Assembly (NCBI RefSeq): GCF_006345805.1
Contig: NW_021835690.1
Location: 158,881-222,880 of the forward strand
DNA length: 64,000 bases
Origin: Octopus sinensis
Taxonomy: Eukaryota
Direction of reading: 5' to 3'
This document shows positions 14,200 through 64,000 of this stretch, in pieces; the stretch's first letter is position 1, and each line of letters starts with the position of its first letter. The notes below the pieces were generated by a model. That model had not been told where the DNA came from and searched no databases. It saw only the letters and a program-made list of their open reading frames with translations. A program made the position numbers and the translations under genes.

Positions 14200-14456
14200 C
14201 AGTGGTTCCCAAACTTTTTCAGGTTGCTGCCCCCTTGGTTCTAAGGCCACATTCCTGGTGCCCCCACCACTATCACAGACATAGACCATTTTCTGTAGCT
14301 AATTCAAAACAACAGTATTTCACAAATAAAACTTTATCTAGTTCACCCTTTATTTTGTTTTGTTTGGTTTTTTTTACATCCATTGCTCCATCTTCGTCAT
14401 CCCATTATTCTTCAAAGCCCCCAGTGGGGCAGTACCACCAACTTTGGGAACCACTG
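14200..14456. mobile_element. hAT MITE
   Basis: TIRs CAGTGGTTCCCAAA/TTTGGGAACCACTG; perfect 8-bp TSD CCTTAAAA. Confidence 0.9.
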
Positions 14457-14910
14457 CCTTAAAATAACAGATACAACAACTTAAAGACAATATCAGGTGT
14501 TACTACCTTTCCCTATTTGACTACATTTTTCCTTGTAAGGTTTTGGGTTTTTTCTGCTTCACCATGATGTGGTTAACAGATCTTGGTTTCTCTCACTGAG
14601 CTCTTTTATTCAAGTGCAATTAAAATAAATCAGAAATAAAGAAACTTTACTGCTTAGAAATTACATCTATATGTTATACACCCAGGTTTTGAACACAAAT
14701 TTTATCATAACCTTTTTTTTAATGTGGCCAATTTTCTATTATAATATTTCAATGAATTTAACTGCATTCAGTTTGGTCCAGAACTGGATTAGCTAGAGGG
14801 GACAGAAGCTGTGGTGGAAAATAAAGGTTGACCTTCACCAACTACTAAATGTGAATGAGATATATATACACATGCATGTGCGTGCACGCACAAACAACAC
14901 AGATGACGAA

Positions 14911-61759
<46,849 letters not shown>

Positions 61760-61866
61760 TTTTACGGTAAGACCGAGGGCATTAAGTGACAAGTGCGCTA
61801 TATTAAAATCTGTTGAATATTAAAAAAGCCTGCTACGTGTGTCTTGCCTCTGTGAAAGTGTGAATG

Positions 61867-62114
<248 letters not shown>

Positions 62115-62514
62115 GTGCTGTATGCGTGTGAATGCAATCGCCAGTAGTGACACTCCTAGTTAATTTCACTGTGTTTGTCATAGGGAGTGACTCTCTGTTC
62201 TTCTTGTGTATTGTGTAGGCAATAAATATTTATATGTTTTGAAAAGAAATAGTTTTGTTCTAAAAACGGCGTGATCGTCAATAGATCATGTACGTTGATT
62301 AGATGAGCTGATCAGAGCAGATAGCTGCAAAACAATACATTTTTTGGCTCACAATAATATAAAGGGTACTTGAGAATTCGTTTTATGAGCAACACCTAAT
62401 CGGATAGAGGTGCGAGCGAGAGGTATTGTGATCTGTTCCGAGTTATATTAACCAAATAGAAGGTATCTGTGGACTATAAGATAAGTATCCCAGGATTTTC
62501 CATCAGACAGCTGG

Positions 62515-62562
<48 letters not shown>

Positions 62563-62877
62563 CAGAGACAGACAAACAGACAGACAGACAGAGACGTAGT
62601 TTCAATCTCAGTTAATCTTTCTATTTTATTTCTAGTTTCAGGATTTGACGAATGGTCATGTTTGGATGCTAGTTTCAAGAGTTTAGTCCTACAGTTCTCA
62701 CCTTTTGCCTTTGTTGACTTGTTTTCCATGTCTGTCCCTAATTGGCTCTTTTCCTGATGCAACACACATCAGATGTCTTTTCAAATTATGGAATGCTGAC
62801 CATGCTCCCTGTGCCCTTATTTCCAGACACAACTTACTTCTGTATGATCCCAGGGTGGTCGTGGTATATATAGAGAA

Positions 62878-63462
62878 ATGTTAGCACGCCGGGCGAAATG
62901 CTTAGCGGTATTTCGTCTGCCGTTACGTTCTGAGTTCAAATTCCGCCGAGGTCGACTTTGCCTTTCATCCTTTCGAGGTCAATTAAATAAGTACCAGTTA
63001 CGCACAGGGGTAGATATAATCGACTTAATCCGTTTGTCTGCCCTTGTTTGTCCCCTCTGTGTTTAGCCCCTTGTGGGTAATAAAGAAATAGGTATTTCGT
63101 CTGTCGCTACGTTCTGAGTTCAAATTCCGCCGAGGTCGACTTTGCCTTTCATCCTTTCGGGGTCGATGAAATAAGTACCAGTTACGCACTGGGGTCGATG
63201 TAATCGACTTAATCCGTTTGTCTGTCCTTGTTTGTCCTCTCTGTGTTTAGCCCCTTGTGGGTAATAAAGAAATAGGTATTTCGTCTGCCGCTACGTTCTG
63301 AGTTCAAATTCCGCCGAGGTTGACTTTGCCTTTCATCCTTTCGGGGTCGATGAAATAAGTACCAGTTACGCACTGGGGTCGATGTAATCGACTTAATACC
63401 TATGTCTGTCTTTGTTTGTCCCCTCTATGTTTAGCCCCTTGTGGGTAATAAAGAAATAGGTA
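62878..63462 (+). mobile_element. SINE family C (Meta-domain-like), three tandem 184-bp units
   Basis: Units start at 62908, 63092 and 63276 and contain GCCTTTCATCCTTTCGGGGTCGATAAATTAAGTACCAG-type sequence. Other copies at 15229-15445, 24295-24850(-), 30613-30843, 36785-37150, 50765-51172 and 60620-60895. Confidence 0.85.
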
Positions 63463-63829
63463 TATATAGAGAAAGTTTGCCTGTCTCAATGTGCCAACAT
63501 GACTTTTACACTGTGTCATTTTGCTTACCTACAATAAATATACACATCCACAATGCCAGACTCACTTGGCTTCTGCACTTGTTTAAGGCACTTACCACAA
63601 CAGGCACAATTCCACTAGAAATTCTTCCAATTTTGAATGTTCTTCAATTTTCACATAATGCACATTCCTACAAGATTCTCTCAATGGCGAGTGATGTACC
63701 AAATAGCTACCAACTTTCTAAGCTAGAATTTAAAACCCCGAATCCACTGTTTCCTACAAGTCCTTGACCTATTGTTCAAGCCTGATGCACTAGGAAATCT
63801 ATTGGAATCAACTGACTTCTTTGACCTTC

Positions 63830-64000
63830 TCAAGTTAAATATGGGTCAGGGCTGATCAGGGAGGAGCAATTTTTTATTCAATATGGGTCAGGGCTGATCA
63901 GGGAGGAACAATCTTTTATTCAATATGGGTCAGGGCTGATCAGGGAGGAACAATCTTTTATTCAATATGGGTCAGGGTTGATCAGGGAGGAACAATCTTT
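63830..64000. repeat. 42-bp tandem repeat running off the window end
   Basis: ATGGGTCAGGGCTGATCAGGGAGG starts at 63841, 63883, 63925 and 63967. Confidence 0.9.

Noticed and set aside
14600-14612. AATAAA on the minus strand about 300 nt past the NOX stop
   Set aside because: Plausible poly(A) signal, but such hexamers are frequent in AT-rich DNA; it needs 3' RACE.
62448-62765. 105-aa ORF upstream of the NOX ATG as a possible N-terminal extension (EF-hand or DUOX-like)
   Set aside because: No recognisable motif and it runs into a microsatellite. Exon 1 already matches the NOX2 N-terminus.

Overview
AT-rich, repeat-dense eukaryotic DNA. The SINE and microsatellite landscape suggests an octopus-like coleoid cephalopod (inference). 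One complete protein-coding gene can be assembled by hand on the minus strand: a 16-exon, 573-aa NOX2/gp91phox (CYBB)-like NADPH oxidase. It runs from ATG 61759 to TAA 14911 (1722 nt CDS), all introns are GT-AG, and the frame is open throughout. It keeps the four heme His, the HPFTLTS FAD motif, GxGIGVTPF and CGP, but carries unusual substitutions at normally conserved sites (three to Cys, plus TGL>TRL). The rest is transposon debris: several tRNA-derived SINE families, mariner, maT and hAT remnants, hAT MITEs, Helitron pieces, CR1/RTE/R4-like LINE fragments and microsatellites. The most notable unannotated signal is about 14 minimal type-I hammerhead-ribozyme motifs from several unrelated repeat families, mostly in inverted or fold-back arrangements typical of Penelope-like elements. 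They include intact copies, one in the sense strand of a NOX intron, a candidate G3-C8 core-swapped variant, a tRNA-head+hammerhead palindrome, and a 2.3-kb inverted-repeat-bounded unit with two co-oriented hammerheads. All folding, alignments and translations were done by eye; no searches were run.
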